Assembly: GCA_021605075.1 (NCBI GenBank)
Contig: BPLQ01011166.1
Coordinates: 471,264-535,263, forward strand
Reading direction: 5' to 3'
From: Caerostris darwini
Taxonomy: Eukaryota
DNA length: 64,000 nt
The position numbers and the translations under genes are program-made. The notes under the pieces were generated by a model. It saw only the letters and a list, made by a program, of their open reading frames with translations, made no database searches and was not told the origin of the DNA. Below, piece by piece: positions 39,395 through 50,971 of this stretch. Numbering within the stretch: the stretch's first letter is position 1; every line of letters begins with the position of its first letter.

Positions 39395-40704
39395 ATAATC
39401 CGATTCAAACTTATTTTAAATAGTAGCAAAGCATAGTGAACGTGGATCACTGTGAAAATTTGTTCTTCATTGTTTTTAAATTATAAAAGTATATTGAATA
39501 AATATATAATAAAAGTATATTGAAATAAATTTGCTTTCTTAAAAATGTAACAGTATTTCTGCAATTATTAATTTCATTATGCCATTATTATCGTTTATTT
39601 TTTTAACATTTTAGTTTTAAAGTGTTTTACTTAATGAATATTAAATTTTTTTCACAATTTGACTTTTATATTTTTATTTGTCTATTAAATATTATATAAA
39701 TTAATGTCTTTTTAAAATTGTTCAGTTTAGATATAATTAAACTTAATATCTATGTAAAGTTTAATTAACATTCTAGAAACTGAAATTTTGATAAACTAGA
39801 TAACATTTAATGCTTAGAAGAACGATTTATTTTGCAAATATAAACAAGTTTAACATTTTTTTGAATTTTAATTTTGTAAACATCTTTTGTATGCATGTTC
39901 TTAATTATTATTATTACCTATTTATTTATTACTATTTTTTTTTTTACATTTCTATAATTAAAACTAGTATAACTTTACCAAAATATTTAAAAGAGTAGTA
40001 TACCTTTATAAATATTTAATAAGAAATTTTAAGTTGATTTTTTGAAATACTTAGCTATGAATACATGTAATATTTCAATCGATTGTTACACCTTTATTCA
40101 TAAATTTCACTTTGACTGATAAAATTTTTAATCATCTGTATGTATTCTTATCTTCTTTGAATGAAGACTTGTAGATGATTAAATTTTGTTCTTTGAATGA
40201 GCACACTTATCACTTTCAAACAAAATATCTCTCTGTAACTGATAATAACATTGCATTATCTTAAAAATAAATCAATATTCCATTAAAGTTGTTTTAGAGC
40301 AGTTATGTTATCTATATCATATTGTGTTAACGCCCACAAGATTTAATTTACGCCTACATGAATTAATGGTTTTTAAAACAATTTGAATTGTAAATTATAA
40401 TTAAAAAAAGGATTATAAATAAAATAAGAATTATGTTTTAAACAAGATTACCTTTAATAATATTATTAAAATAATAATTAAAATTTTATTCAAAACTGAA
40501 TAAAAGTATTTTAGTGCAAGAGGTTTGATTTTCAGTGATCATATCTGGAATCTAACCTAATTACATAACAATTTCCCCCTATGGCAATCTAAAATAACTT
40601 ACAAAAGGAATGATTATATTTTAGAAATTACTTATTTTCTATAACATGATAGATAAAAATATTCATTTGACACCTTCCTAAAATAATAAACTATTTGGGG
40701 AAGA

Positions 40705-40752
40705 AGAGGTATGGGAAAATGCTAATAAGAGGTATGGAAAAATGCTAATCCA
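40705..40752. repeat. Tandem duplication of a ~24-bp unit (GAGGTATGGGAAAATGCTAAT x2)
   Basis: Read directly from the sequence. Confidence 0.7.
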
Positions 40753-40986
40753 TAATCTGAAGTTCGGATAAATATAATAAACACATAATAGGCCAGATTC
40801 TAAATTATTTTTTTAATAAAATTAGACAACTATAACTTTATATCTTTGTACATTTTTTTTTTTTATCAGGAACAAAAATAAATAAATTTGTACTTTATTT
40901 TTCAAGATTAGAAGTATTAAATATTTTTTCTTACTTAGGAATTTTATTTATTTTTTCCACCATGGGGAACTAAATAAACTGGTTTA

Positions 40987-42296
40987 AAAAGTTAAGCAAC
41001 AAATTGAAAACTAATTATAACTTGCAAAGTTCTGAAGCTAATTGGACGAAACTTGGTGAAAATATGCAACTTAAACATACCAGAAAATTCTGTATATATA
41101 ATTTATATTTTGTAATTTCAACAGCAATATAAAATGACCTATATTCAAACAAAAAAATTTGCCAATAGCGAGATTGGTCCTCTTGAACAATAATACAGGC
41201 CTCATAGAGATGTCTTAAGCTGTTTATAATGTAGTCCATGAGCTGCATGGCATCACGCCTCTCAAAATTACGCTAACATGCTCAACGGGATTAAGGTTAG
41301 GAAAGTATACAGTCCCAATAAAATGGCCCATTGGTAAATGAGGTGAGCACTGTGAGGAACAGACATCATCTGCTTGCAAAATAAGGGTATTACCAACAGA
41401 GGCAGCATACGGAAGAACAATAAGATCTAGGATGTTGTCTCTATATCTTTGAGTATTGACAGTCCTTGGCAACACATAGGTTTGTGCAGTCACCTAACTC
41501 CTTATATTAGCCTTCCACACTTTCCTTCTTATTACACATTACTTCCTTCATAGATGCCCCTTTCTCACATGTTAGACAGAAGATACATCATGTGATTCTC
41601 TCCATATGTAAACACATTGAGAATCACTCTATAAAACAAAGCAGGTCTTGCCAGTGAATAGAACACCTACCCTATGATTTTCAATTCAATTTACATAACT
41701 GTGTGCCCAATGCTTCCTGATGTGGCAAGAAGAAAGTGGGGCATACAATACTAGTCACCTAACATACATAGCTCTTTCATGCAGCCTTCTGTGTACTACC
41801 CTTGCTGATACTGTCCTTCCTATAACAGAGATAAGAGTAAATCTAAGCAGCGATGAAGTTGAAGTCCTGTTACACCATGTACTTCCTCAAAAGTGCTGTT
41901 ATCTGAGGAAGTTTCACTTGCGCAGGTCTTTGAAAAATTTAACAGCAATTAGAAACTAGTTCCACAACCAATTTGCTACAGAAAGGTCAACATTTAGTCA
42001 TATTGCAATGTTGATGCTTCAAATTGACCTATAGCTCTTAAACACAATTTATTTGCCTCCAACTCATTTTTACATTTTGGCCATAATGAAATTGATTGAT
42101 ATATCACTATTCCTTGAATAGCAGCTCCCTCCTAACCAGCTAGTTTTAAGCTATATCAAATTTATGTAAAACAATGGCAGTGCTTTTTTATATTGTTATT
42201 CAATCAGCTTACTATTATTTGTAATATAACAAAATTTTAAGAATAAAATACTTTTAGCCAATTTAAAATAATTTTTCAATTAGTTGCTTAACTTTT
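40987..42296 (-). mobile_element. Tc1-like DNA transposon (~1.3 kb) with ~24-bp TIRs, transposase degenerate
   Basis: TIR AAAAGTTAAGCAACAAATTGAAAA (40987-41010) vs reverse complement of 42273-42296 (AAAAGTTAAGCAACTAATTGAAAA). Minus-strand ORFs 41224..41493 and 41015..41248 encode the Tc1/mariner C-terminal half (ILQADDVCSS ~ LMQDNAxxH; NLNPVEHV ~ SPDLNPIEH; INSLRHLYEACIIVQEDQSRY ~ SMPRRxxAVIxAKGGxTxY). Confidence 0.7.
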
Positions 42297-43820
42297 GGAA
42301 TCTAATGTAGTTTAAATTGGCAATTGTAGAATTTATAATTAATTGTTGAAATACTTTTACAAATTACACATGCAGTTCAAAAAAGTAAACTAGCATATAA
42401 CAGACACTTTTTAAAAATGTCAAATATCAAAATAATTAATTTAAATAGTAACTTCATTATAAAATTATTAAAAATTCTACATTAAAAAAGAAATATTATA
42501 TTTACATGTTGCATAATATTTTACAAATTCAATTATGTACATAAAACATTAATAAACTACTCTCAATATAGAAATTTTTTCATCCTAAATGTGCCTTTTT
42601 TATGAGTTACAATAATATCACAAAATTTAATTAATCTCCAGTCAATTCATACAATGTTAACAGGAAATATAGACTTTATCATGGCATAGAATACTGTTCC
42701 GAAATTCAAAAAGAAATATAGTAAGAATTTCTCTTTCAATGACATAAATAAATATACAATATGTATGAAAGAATTAAGATATAATTTGCTGCTTATAATG
42801 ACTATAATTCAAAAGTATAATTTGCAGAATCATTATTCAAGTTGCTTAATACATTGCAATTATTCGTTTTAAAAAATTGTAATAACTATAGGCAATATTC
42901 AATATTTAAAGGAAGATCTCACATAAAACAAACATTTGCAAATCTAATCAAAAGAATAAGAACATAGTAATTATACATAACTAAAAAAATCATAATCCAT
43001 AACTTTGATACGAACAACAAAATGTATAATTTTAAAACTATTCCTTTGTACATAATGAAAGTTTAAAGATAAAATGGATAGGCTGTTTAAAAAGAAAGCA
43101 AAACAATTTAACCAAAAAATTGCTATAAAACAATATTTTGCATTTTATGTGCAAATTTCAGTTAATTGGGACTTTTTAAAAGTTAATTAAAAATATTATT
43201 AAAAGATAAACATAATTATATATATATATATATTATTAATATTTTTAATATACATAAAATATCTCTCTCATTATTTATATATATATATATAGAGAGAGAG
43301 ATTTTAAACTCTTTTGGGAATTTTCCCATATATATTTATTTGTAAATATGAAAGAAATTTATTTTTATAAATACTACTTTTAAAATTCATAGAATTGTGA
43401 TTAGCTACATAATTTTTCAATACAATTTATATGTTTGTTATTTTTATTATTATATATATATTCATACAAAAGATTATTTAAATATGAACTTAATCTATAA
43501 AGTAAATAAAATTTAAAAGAACATTACTTTCAGATGAGGAGGCAAGAGGCGGCCAATCAACGTTATATAAATCCAGAATTTTATGAAAATGACTATTGCA
43601 GTACAATTAAAATATTACAATATTGCATAAAATCCTAATCATATAATGATTACACTTGATCAGCCGGTATTGCACCAAGTTACCGGCAGTCTTGCAATCA
43701 AGTGACGCCCAATGTTTTCAATGAAACGCCAATGATTTGACTTGACTTGACTTGATTGTTAATGTTTCGATTTGTTTTATTTTGCTTGTGAACAAAAATT
43801 TCTAAAAATCTATTGACGGT

Positions 43821-43920
43821 TTTTTTTTTTTTTTTTTTTTTTTGGTTTTTTTTCCCCTTAGTGTAAAGAAATTGAAGAGAAAATTCTAATAAAAGTTTTT
43901 CTGAACAAAATTTCTTCCCT

Positions 43921-43957
<37 letters not shown>

Positions 43958-44104
43958 ACTCATGTGAAATGCTACTATTATTTTAAAAGTAGCACATACG
44001 ACACATTAAAAGCACAGCTTGTTAATCGAAGCCTGCCTACAATACATGATTAAATGAGTTATCGTTTGGACTTCGAGCTGACCAGGGTTTTTTTTTTTTT
44101 TTTT
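43821..44104. repeat. Cluster of three long poly-T / pyrimidine-rich tracts (T25-T32) within ~290 bp
   Basis: T-runs at 43821-43850, 43921-43952 and 44086-44104, each followed by a TTCCCCT-like pyrimidine motif. Confidence 0.6.
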
Positions 44105-44874
44105 TCTTCCCCTCTCCCTCAAATCGGTTTGTTTTCTAATGTTTCTCCTCATTGGTATGTGATTTTTTCCCCTCTTATTCTGTCTTAATCTCCTTATTAC
44201 CTTTCTCTATTTGATTTCTTTGGTTCTATGTTATTATTTTGTTGTATAAAATGAGTAGCTAAATTCTAGAATACTTTTTTTTTTCCTTCTGTATTTTACT
44301 GTGTAGGCGTAGAATTGTTCGGGCTTTTTTAGCTACGAGCGTTTCTCACTGCCTTTACTCAGTAAAGTGCATATTTATATTCCGTTTTAGTCAGTAGTTT
44401 TTTTTAAATATTTGGTTTTGTTTATTTTATTCTATTGTATTATGGCTGTTGTCGAAGGAGTTTCGCTCTCCTCAAACAGCACAACTATGTCTCTCTCCCC
44501 TGCTGACCAATCAACTAGTATTGTCGAAAATGATGCCGAACAAGAACTTTTTGATTTGTATGTCACGTGAACACTTTTCCTCTCTTAACTGTAACCAACC
44601 GTACTTCGGTTTAAGAACTGTACTTCCTTGTTAGTAGTTAGCCGCGCTAAGATGCGCTTTCTCTGTCTGTATGTCTGTCTGTAAATTTTTGTATCTTCTC
44701 GTCATTAATATGCTGAAATAAAATATTTAAATAAGAATATTGGAATGAATTGGCTGCTTCCCGCCCCTTTGGATACCTCTTTCTTCAATAATCCTGGAAC
44801 TGGAAGGGTAAGAGAAATTTTGTATGAACCTTTCTAGTTTTATTTTGGAGGATTGTTTTGGTGAGGTAAAATTT

Positions 44875-44894
44875 GGCATCCCTGCCGGGATTGT
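44875..44894 (+). other. Candidate primer-binding site of the BEL element (TGGCATCCCTGCCGGGATTG, complementary to a tRNA 3' end ...CAATCCCGGCAGGGATGCCA)
   Basis: Starts with TGG, and its complement ends in a T-arm-like TTCAATCC...CCA. It lies 15 nt after the last base shared by the two LTRs, so the LTR end is uncertain. Confidence 0.35.
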
Positions 44895-45163
44895 AGTCAG
44901 TTAATATTTAGATGAGATACTTTTAATTTTGAAATGGCGAGTGACGAAAATAGTAAAGAGAAATTATATTTGTTAAAAAAAGAAACGGAGTGTTTCTAGA
45001 ACATCCGTTACAAAAATTCTAACAAAATTAGAATCGGAACTATCGAACATTGAAGAAATAGATATTGATAAATTAGAAGAATTAGTTGAAATGCTAACTA
45101 CTAAACATGACTCGTTGAAAGAAATAGATAACAAATTAGAACCTCTTTACGAAGTAGAAGATA

Positions 45164-46426
45164 TTGAAACTGAAATTGAAAATACAGACGAATATGATGA
45201 AAAAAGTTGCCCTGTGGAAATTTCGTGCAAATAAAAAAATTCGCTTGTTAAAAAAAGAATTGAGTGAAAATAAATGCGAAACACTTTCCGAACAAAATAA
45301 AGAATTAAATGAGTCGAAACAAGTTAACAGTATAAGAGTAAAATTGCCGAAATTAAATATTTCCAAATTTTATGGTGATATCAATCAATGGCTAACGTTT
45401 TGGAATAGTTTTGAATCTGCCATTCACAATAATGATTTATTAAATAAAGTAGATAAATTTAATTACCTTAAAGCTCATTTAGGTGGTACTGCTTTAAATA
45501 CTGTAGAAGGTTTTTGTATTTCTGCTTCTACGTATGATTCGGCAATTAATTTATTAAAAGAAAGATTTGCAAGAAATGATCTATTGATACATACTCATAT
45601 GAATAATATTTTAAACATAAAATCATTGAGAAATTCCAACGATATTTGTTCTTTTAGAAAATTCTATGACAAAATTCTAACAGAATTAAGAAGTTTGGAA
45701 AGTTTAGATTTGAAAATAGAAAATTATTCCGCTGTTCTCTGCCCTATAATTCTAAAAGCCCTTCCTCAAGATATTCTTATAGAATATAATAAAACTGAGA
45801 ATGAAAATGCTTATAATAATATCGAAGAACTACTGAAGTTTTTAGCTTTGACCTTGAGATCGAGAGAACGCGCAGCCATGATGAGTAATAATTTCGCAAT
45901 CACTTCTGATTTTCGACCTCGGCCCTTTTCGCCTCTCGATAAAGTAAACGACCGCGGCTCAAGTAATAAATTAGGTTGGGAAAGAATTCCTTCAGGAGCA
46001 GAATTAGTTTCAACTAATGTTAATGAAAGAAATAAAAATATAACAAATTGCGTTTTTTGTGAGTCATCGGATCATCCTAGTTCTACTTGTGAATACGCAA
46101 TAAATTTGTCTATTGAAGAAAGAAAAAATATTTTGATGAAAAAGGGAGCTTGTTTTAAATGTCTTGAAACTAAAAAACATATTTCTCGATTTTGTAAGAG
46201 TAATGTAATTTGTTCCCACTGTTCAGGAAAACATTCTTCGATCATGTGCTTTTCAAAATTTAAACAGAAACAAATTAATAAAAATGAATCTTCAGAAACT
46301 ACTGTTCTTACCAATCAGTCATTTTTGAATGAAGTTTATTTGCAAACATTAGTAGTTCGAATCCATAATAAAAACGTAGAAAATTATATTCGGGTAATTA
46401 TTGATACTGGATCACAAAGAAGTTGA
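45164..46426 (+). CDS. BEL/Pao gag + N-terminal protease (420 aa), truncated at the protease DTGS motif by the nested insertion
   Basis: Pao-type gag motifs (KFNYLKAHLGGTALNTVEGF...YDSAINLLKERFARNDLL), Cys/His clusters and C-terminal IRVIIDTGSQRS. Confidence 0.75.
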   Translation: MKLKLKIQTNMMKKVALWKFRANKKIRLLKKELSENKCETLSEQNKELNESKQVNSIRVKLPKLNISKFYGDINQWLTFWNSFESAIHNNDLLNKVDKFNYLKAHLGGTALNTVEGFCISASTYDSAINLLKERFARNDLLIHTHMNNILNIKSLRNSNDICSFRKFYDKILTELRSLESLDLKIENYSAVLCPIILKALPQDILIEYNKTENENAYNNIEELLKFLALTLRSRERAAMMSNNFAITSDFRPRPFSPLDKVNDRGSSNKLGWERIPSGAELVSTNVNERNKNITNCVFCESSDHPSSTCEYAINLSIEERKNILMKKGACFKCLETKKHISRFCKSNVICSHCSGKHSSIMCFSKFKQKQINKNESSETTVLTNQSFLNEVYLQTLVVRIHNKNVENYIRVIIDTGSQRS

Positions 46427-46626
46427 ATTTTCCGCTAGAATAAAAATAGAACGTAGTAAGCGTTCGAAGTAGAATAAACATGTCGTAATTGTGAAAATTG
46501 ATTATCGTCTTTTATTTTGCCGTCTGGATTTTAATAACACTACGCAACCTTTACAATACCGCCACATACTTGGTGACCCGTGAATTGTTTGCAAACAGTG
46601 AATTATTTACAAAATGACTGAATCTA

Positions 46627-47437
46627 ATGAATCGGCGAAAAAAAGATGAAGTAGCGCGGGTAAGTGTCAAAATACCTCCTTTTTGGGCTGAAAAACCAGA
46701 AATATGGTTCTTTCAAGTTGAAGCACAGTTTTCAATTTGTGGAATAACAGCCGAGGATACAAAATTCAACTACTTAGTTTCGCAATTAGAACCGAAATTT
46801 GTTGAAAGTTTGTGGGACATTATAAGTGATGATAATAGAACAAAATATACCGCTGCTAAAGAACGTTTGCTGAATACTTTTAAAGAAAGCGAAAATAAGC
46901 GTCTTCAGAGACTGCTGACAGGACTTGATTTGGGAGATCTTAAACCCAGTCAACTTTTACAAAAAATGAAAAACCTGGCTACTGATGGAATAACTGATAA
47001 GGTACTAACAACATTATTTCTACAAAAAATGCCTGATTCTGTGCGGAATATTTTACTAGTTAGTGATGAAAATTGAAAAACTGGCATTAATGGCGGATCG
47101 TATTCTTGAAATGCAACCAAAACAAGAACTTTACCGCGTAAGCAATAATGTTTCATCAGGATCAGATGCCATGACTGAGTTACAACAACAAATTACATCT
47201 TTGGAAAATAAACTTGAAAAACTGAGTGTCACAAGGAACTCTCGTTCCCAAACAACAAATAGCGGTCGATACTCTTCTTCTCATCGAAGTAAGTCTCGCA
47301 ATCGCTCTTACAATCCTTCTGGCAAATACTGTTATTACCATTTTCGTTTTCGAGAAAAATGTTTTCCTGATAAATGCAAAGCTCCATGTGCATGGAAAAA
47401 CAATCCTTCGGAAAACCAGAATCAGCAACAGAATTAA
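46627..47437 (+). CDS. Gypsy-like gag (two overlapping ORFs, one frameshift) with Cys/His motif CYYHFRFREKC
   Basis: Retrotrans_gag-like motif PPFWAEKPEIWFFQVEAQFSICGI...KFNYLVSQLEPKF, with a basic C-terminal tail. Confidence 0.65.
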
Positions 47438-47519
47438 CGGCAGACTCTGCTGCTGAAATACAACATATTGCCGTCAATACCGTCTATTTGTCAACGACAA
47501 AAAAACGGGTTTACGCTTT

Positions 47520-48557
47520 TTGGTTGATAGTGGAGCGGACGTAAGTCTTATTCCTTCTACTTCTAAACACAAATTTATTAGTGACTATAAATTATATGCT
47601 GCAAATAATACTGCAATCGATACTTTTGGTACAGAAATTTTAAATCTTGATCTAGGTTTACGCCGAGAATTTCAATTCCCATTTATTGTGGCCAAAATTA
47701 GTAAACCTATACTAGGTGCAGATTTTTTAAATAAGTTCAATTTATTAATTGATATAAAGCATAAAAGATTAATTGATGGTGTAACTAACCTTGCAGTTTA
47801 TGGTGACATTGCACCCATCTCTATTAATGAAAGTGTAAATACAACGAGCAGCTTATGTAAATATTCTGATTTATTTTCTATGTATCCCAATATAACAAAA
47901 CCAAATTTTCTTGTTTCAAATGTTAAACATAATGTAAAACATCATATTGTAACTAAAGGACAACCTATAAATTGTAAAGCAAGACAATTAGATCCAAAAC
48001 GGTTGGAAATAGCTAAAAGAGAATTTAAATATATGCTAGACAATAACATCATTAGTCCATCTAGCTCAGAATGGGCAAGTCCATTACATATAGTAACAAA
48101 GAAAGATGGTTCTTTTCGTCCATGTGGTGATTATAGAAGATTGAATGATTTAACTATACCTGATCGATATAACATACCTCGAATCCAGGATTTTCAACAT
48201 ATTTTAACTAATAAAACTATATTTTCTAAAATTGACATTACTAAAGCATATTATCACATTCCTGTAGCAGATGAAGATAAGGCAAAAACTGCCATCATCA
48301 CACCTTTTGGACTTTATCAATTCAATGTGATGAGTTTTGGTCTCAAAAATGCCCCTGCAACATTTCAAAGGTTTATAAATGAAGTTCTTTATGGTCTAGA
48401 CTTTGTGTTTCCATACTTAGATGATGTGTTGATCGCCTCTTCTTGCGAGGAAGAACATCGTTCACATCTTAAAATAGTTTTCCAGCGTTTAGATAAATAT
48501 GGTCTACGGATTAATATTAGCAAATCAGTTTTGGGAGTACCTGTAATAGATTTTTAG
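47520..48557 (+). CDS. Gypsy-like protease-reverse transcriptase (345 aa)
   Basis: MVDSGADVSLIP (the aspartic protease D-S/T-G motif); RT motifs SPLHIVTKKDGSFRPCGDYRRLN, FGLKNAPATFQRFINEVL and YLDDVLIAS. Confidence 0.8.
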   Translation: MVDSGADVSLIPSTSKHKFISDYKLYAANNTAIDTFGTEILNLDLGLRREFQFPFIVAKISKPILGADFLNKFNLLIDIKHKRLIDGVTNLAVYGDIAPISINESVNTTSSLCKYSDLFSMYPNITKPNFLVSNVKHNVKHHIVTKGQPINCKARQLDPKRLEIAKREFKYMLDNNIISPSSSEWASPLHIVTKKDGSFRPCGDYRRLNDLTIPDRYNIPRIQDFQHILTNKTIFSKIDITKAYYHIPVADEDKAKTAIITPFGLYQFNVMSFGLKNAPATFQRFINEVLYGLDFVFPYLDDVLIASSCEEEHRSHLKIVFQRLDKYGLRINISKSVLGVPVIDF

Positions 48558-48831
48558 GCTATCAAATATCTGCGGAAGGTTCACTACCTCAACCTCAAAA
48601 GATCAAAGCTATCATAGAATATCCATTGCCAGAAACTATGCACGAATTACGTTCCTTCTTAGGAATGATCAATTTTTATCGTAATTATATAAATAATGCC
48701 GCAAAAACTCAAGCCCCTCTACATGAACTTTTGAAAGGATCTACAAAAAAGATCGACGCAAAATACCATGGACCGATGAAACTAGACAAAGTTTTGAAAA
48801 ATGCAAACAAGATGTTGCTCAAATAGCGTTA

Positions 48832-50568
48832 ATGGCATATCCCAACTCGGATTACCCTCTGGCACTTCTCACAGATGCATCTGATTGGGCTATTGGATCA
48901 GTTATTCAACAAAAAGAACCAAATGGATGGAAGCCAATTGCATTTTTTTCTAAAAAACTTAATGATGCTCAGAAAAATTACAGCGTTTATGACCGTGAAC
49001 TTTTGGGTATATATTTATCCATTAAACATTTTAAGCATTTACTTGAAGGTCGAGATTTTGATATTTATACTGATCATAAGCCGTTAATATTTGCTTTTAA
49101 GCAAAACAATGATAAAGCCTCCCCCAGACAACTCAGACATCTACAATATATCTCACAATTCTCTACTAACCTATACCATATCAGTGGTCGAAACAATGTA
49201 GTAGCAGACAGACTGTCTAGAATTGAGGACATCGATTCACCTATTGTCGATTATGACTTGATAGCTGATGCACAAATTAATGATGATGAACTGCAACAAT
49301 TGAAATTACATTCCAAATCATTACATTTTAAAGAACACCAATTGCCATCAGGAAAGCTCTTGTATTGTGATACCTCTACTTCCAGTATCAGACCATTCAT
49401 ACAAAAAAATTTTCGAATGACAATATTTAATACAATTCACAGTTTAGCTCATTCTGGAATTCGAACTACTGTAAAAGAAATAACTAAAAGATTCATTTGG
49501 CCAAATATGAAAAAAGATGTTAAACAGTGGACTCAAACTTGCATCAACTGTCAGAAAAATAAAATAACTAAACATACAAAATCAGAATATTCACAATTTC
49601 AAGCACCAGATGAGAGATTTAGTGTCGTTCATATAGATTTAATTGGACCTTATTCACCTTCCAATGGATACACATACTGCTTGACGTGTATTGATCGGTT
49701 TACCTCTTGGATGGAAGTGGTACCGTTATCAAATATCACTGCAGAAAGTATAGCAAAAGCTTTTTATGAGCATTGGATTACCCGATTTGGTGTACCTACT
49801 TGTGTTATTACTGACAGAGGCACTCAATTTATTTCAGAACTATTTCGAAGTTTAGCTGCGCTATGTGGTGTTAAAGTAAACCATACGTCTTCTTACCATC
49901 CTCAGAGTAATGGAAAAGTTGAACGTCTTCACCGTACCTTGAAAACAGCTATTAGATGTCATAACAACGTTCGTTGGACGGACACATTACCAACGGTTCT
50001 TATGGGTTTGCGAGCTGCTCTACATGAGGACTCTAAGTATACAATAGCTGAAATGGTTTATGGAAAAACTATTAAATTACCAGGCGAATTCTTTGAAGAA
50101 TCCAAATTGCCAATATATGATGATAATTTTGTAAGCAATCTCCGAAAACAGATGGCTGACTTAAAACCATACCAATCCAAAAACAAATGTAAACAAAAGA
50201 TCTTCATTCCAAAAGATTTGTACACATGCTCACATGTATTTCTGCGAATTGACAGAGTTAAAAAACCTTTAGAACCCCCATATGAAGGACCCTATTTGGT
50301 ATTGCAAAGATCCCCGAAAAACTTTCTTCTATCAATTAAAAATAAACAAGTTAATATTTCAGTGGATAGATTAAAACCGGCATATGTGTTACAACCTAAT
50401 GAACTTCTGAATCCAACGTCATCAAATGATCATACATCTGTGCCGAGTGAACAAACATTTATACCAAGTCAGCAAGTTGCACAACCAAATACAACAACAC
50501 GTTGTGGAAGACAAGTAAAACTTCCTGTTCGTTTCAATGACATTATTGACTTTTCTTCAAATTTATAA
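48832..50568 (+). CDS. Gypsy-like RNase H-integrase (578 aa)
   Basis: RNase H (LTDASDWAIGSVIQQ, TDHKPL). Integrase zinc finger (HSLAHSGIRTT...CINCQKNK). DDE core (VVHIDLIGP, TDRGTQF). GPY/F C-terminal (PYEGPYLVLQRS). Confidence 0.8.
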   Translation: MAYPNSDYPLALLTDASDWAIGSVIQQKEPNGWKPIAFFSKKLNDAQKNYSVYDRELLGIYLSIKHFKHLLEGRDFDIYTDHKPLIFAFKQNNDKASPRQLRHLQYISQFSTNLYHISGRNNVVADRLSRIEDIDSPIVDYDLIADAQINDDELQQLKLHSKSLHFKEHQLPSGKLLYCDTSTSSIRPFIQKNFRMTIFNTIHSLAHSGIRTTVKEITKRFIWPNMKKDVKQWTQTCINCQKNKITKHTKSEYSQFQAPDERFSVVHIDLIGPYSPSNGYTYCLTCIDRFTSWMEVVPLSNITAESIAKAFYEHWITRFGVPTCVITDRGTQFISELFRSLAALCGVKVNHTSSYHPQSNGKVERLHRTLKTAIRCHNNVRWTDTLPTVLMGLRAALHEDSKYTIAEMVYGKTIKLPGEFFEESKLPIYDDNFVSNLRKQMADLKPYQSKNKCKQKIFIPKDLYTCSHVFLRIDRVKKPLEPPYEGPYLVLQRSPKNFLLSIKNKQVNISVDRLKPAYVLQPNELLNPTSSNDHTSVPSEQTFIPSQQVAQPNTTTRCGRQVKLPVRFNDIIDFSSNL

Positions 50569-50971
50569 TTCATCCATTCCATTTTAAAAATTAACTTGAT
50601 TTATGTATGTAAATGTTTATATGTAATTGTATTTGTAATTATTTTGTGCAATTTCAATTTGTATCAATGTGTATTTGTTCGCTATTATTTGTATTGATAT
50701 ATTAATTCGTCTACCATTTTCAAAGTAACGTAACTTTGTTACTGGTAGGGGAGTGATGTAGCGACACCTATTGATGTAAAATGGAATACAAATTGAACGA
50801 CTTCTACTTTCACTGTTAAAAAAGGGAATTTTCCCGCTAGAATAAAAATAGAACGTAGTAAGCGTTCGAAGTAGAATAAACATGTCGTAATTGTGAAAAA
50901 AAAGATAAAAGAATATATTTGAGTGACAGGAAAAATTTGCTTGGAACAAAAACATCTTCCATGGAAGTTAT

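Larger units (their letters stand above)
46424..50899 (+). mobile_element. Ty3/Gypsy-like LTR retrotransposon (~4.5 kb) nested inside the BEL protease region, with very short (~72 bp) direct terminal repeats
   Basis: Direct repeats GAATTTTCC(C)GCTAGAATAAAAATAGAACGTAGTAAGCGTTCGAAGTAGAATAAACATGTCGTAATTGTGAAAA at 46424-46496 and 50826-50899. Polypurine tract AAAAAAGGG at 50818-50826 abuts the 3' repeat. Internal order is gag, protease (VDSGADVSLIP), RT (YLDDVLIAS), RNase H and integrase (HHCC finger, DDE, GPY/F motif PYEGPYLVL). Confidence 0.7.

Noticed and set aside
43220-43310. (TA)n(GA)n-type palindromic microsatellite, which resembles the TATATATAGAGAGAGA at 1235-1255
   Set aside because: Simple-sequence similarity only. 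There is no extended homology linking the two loci.
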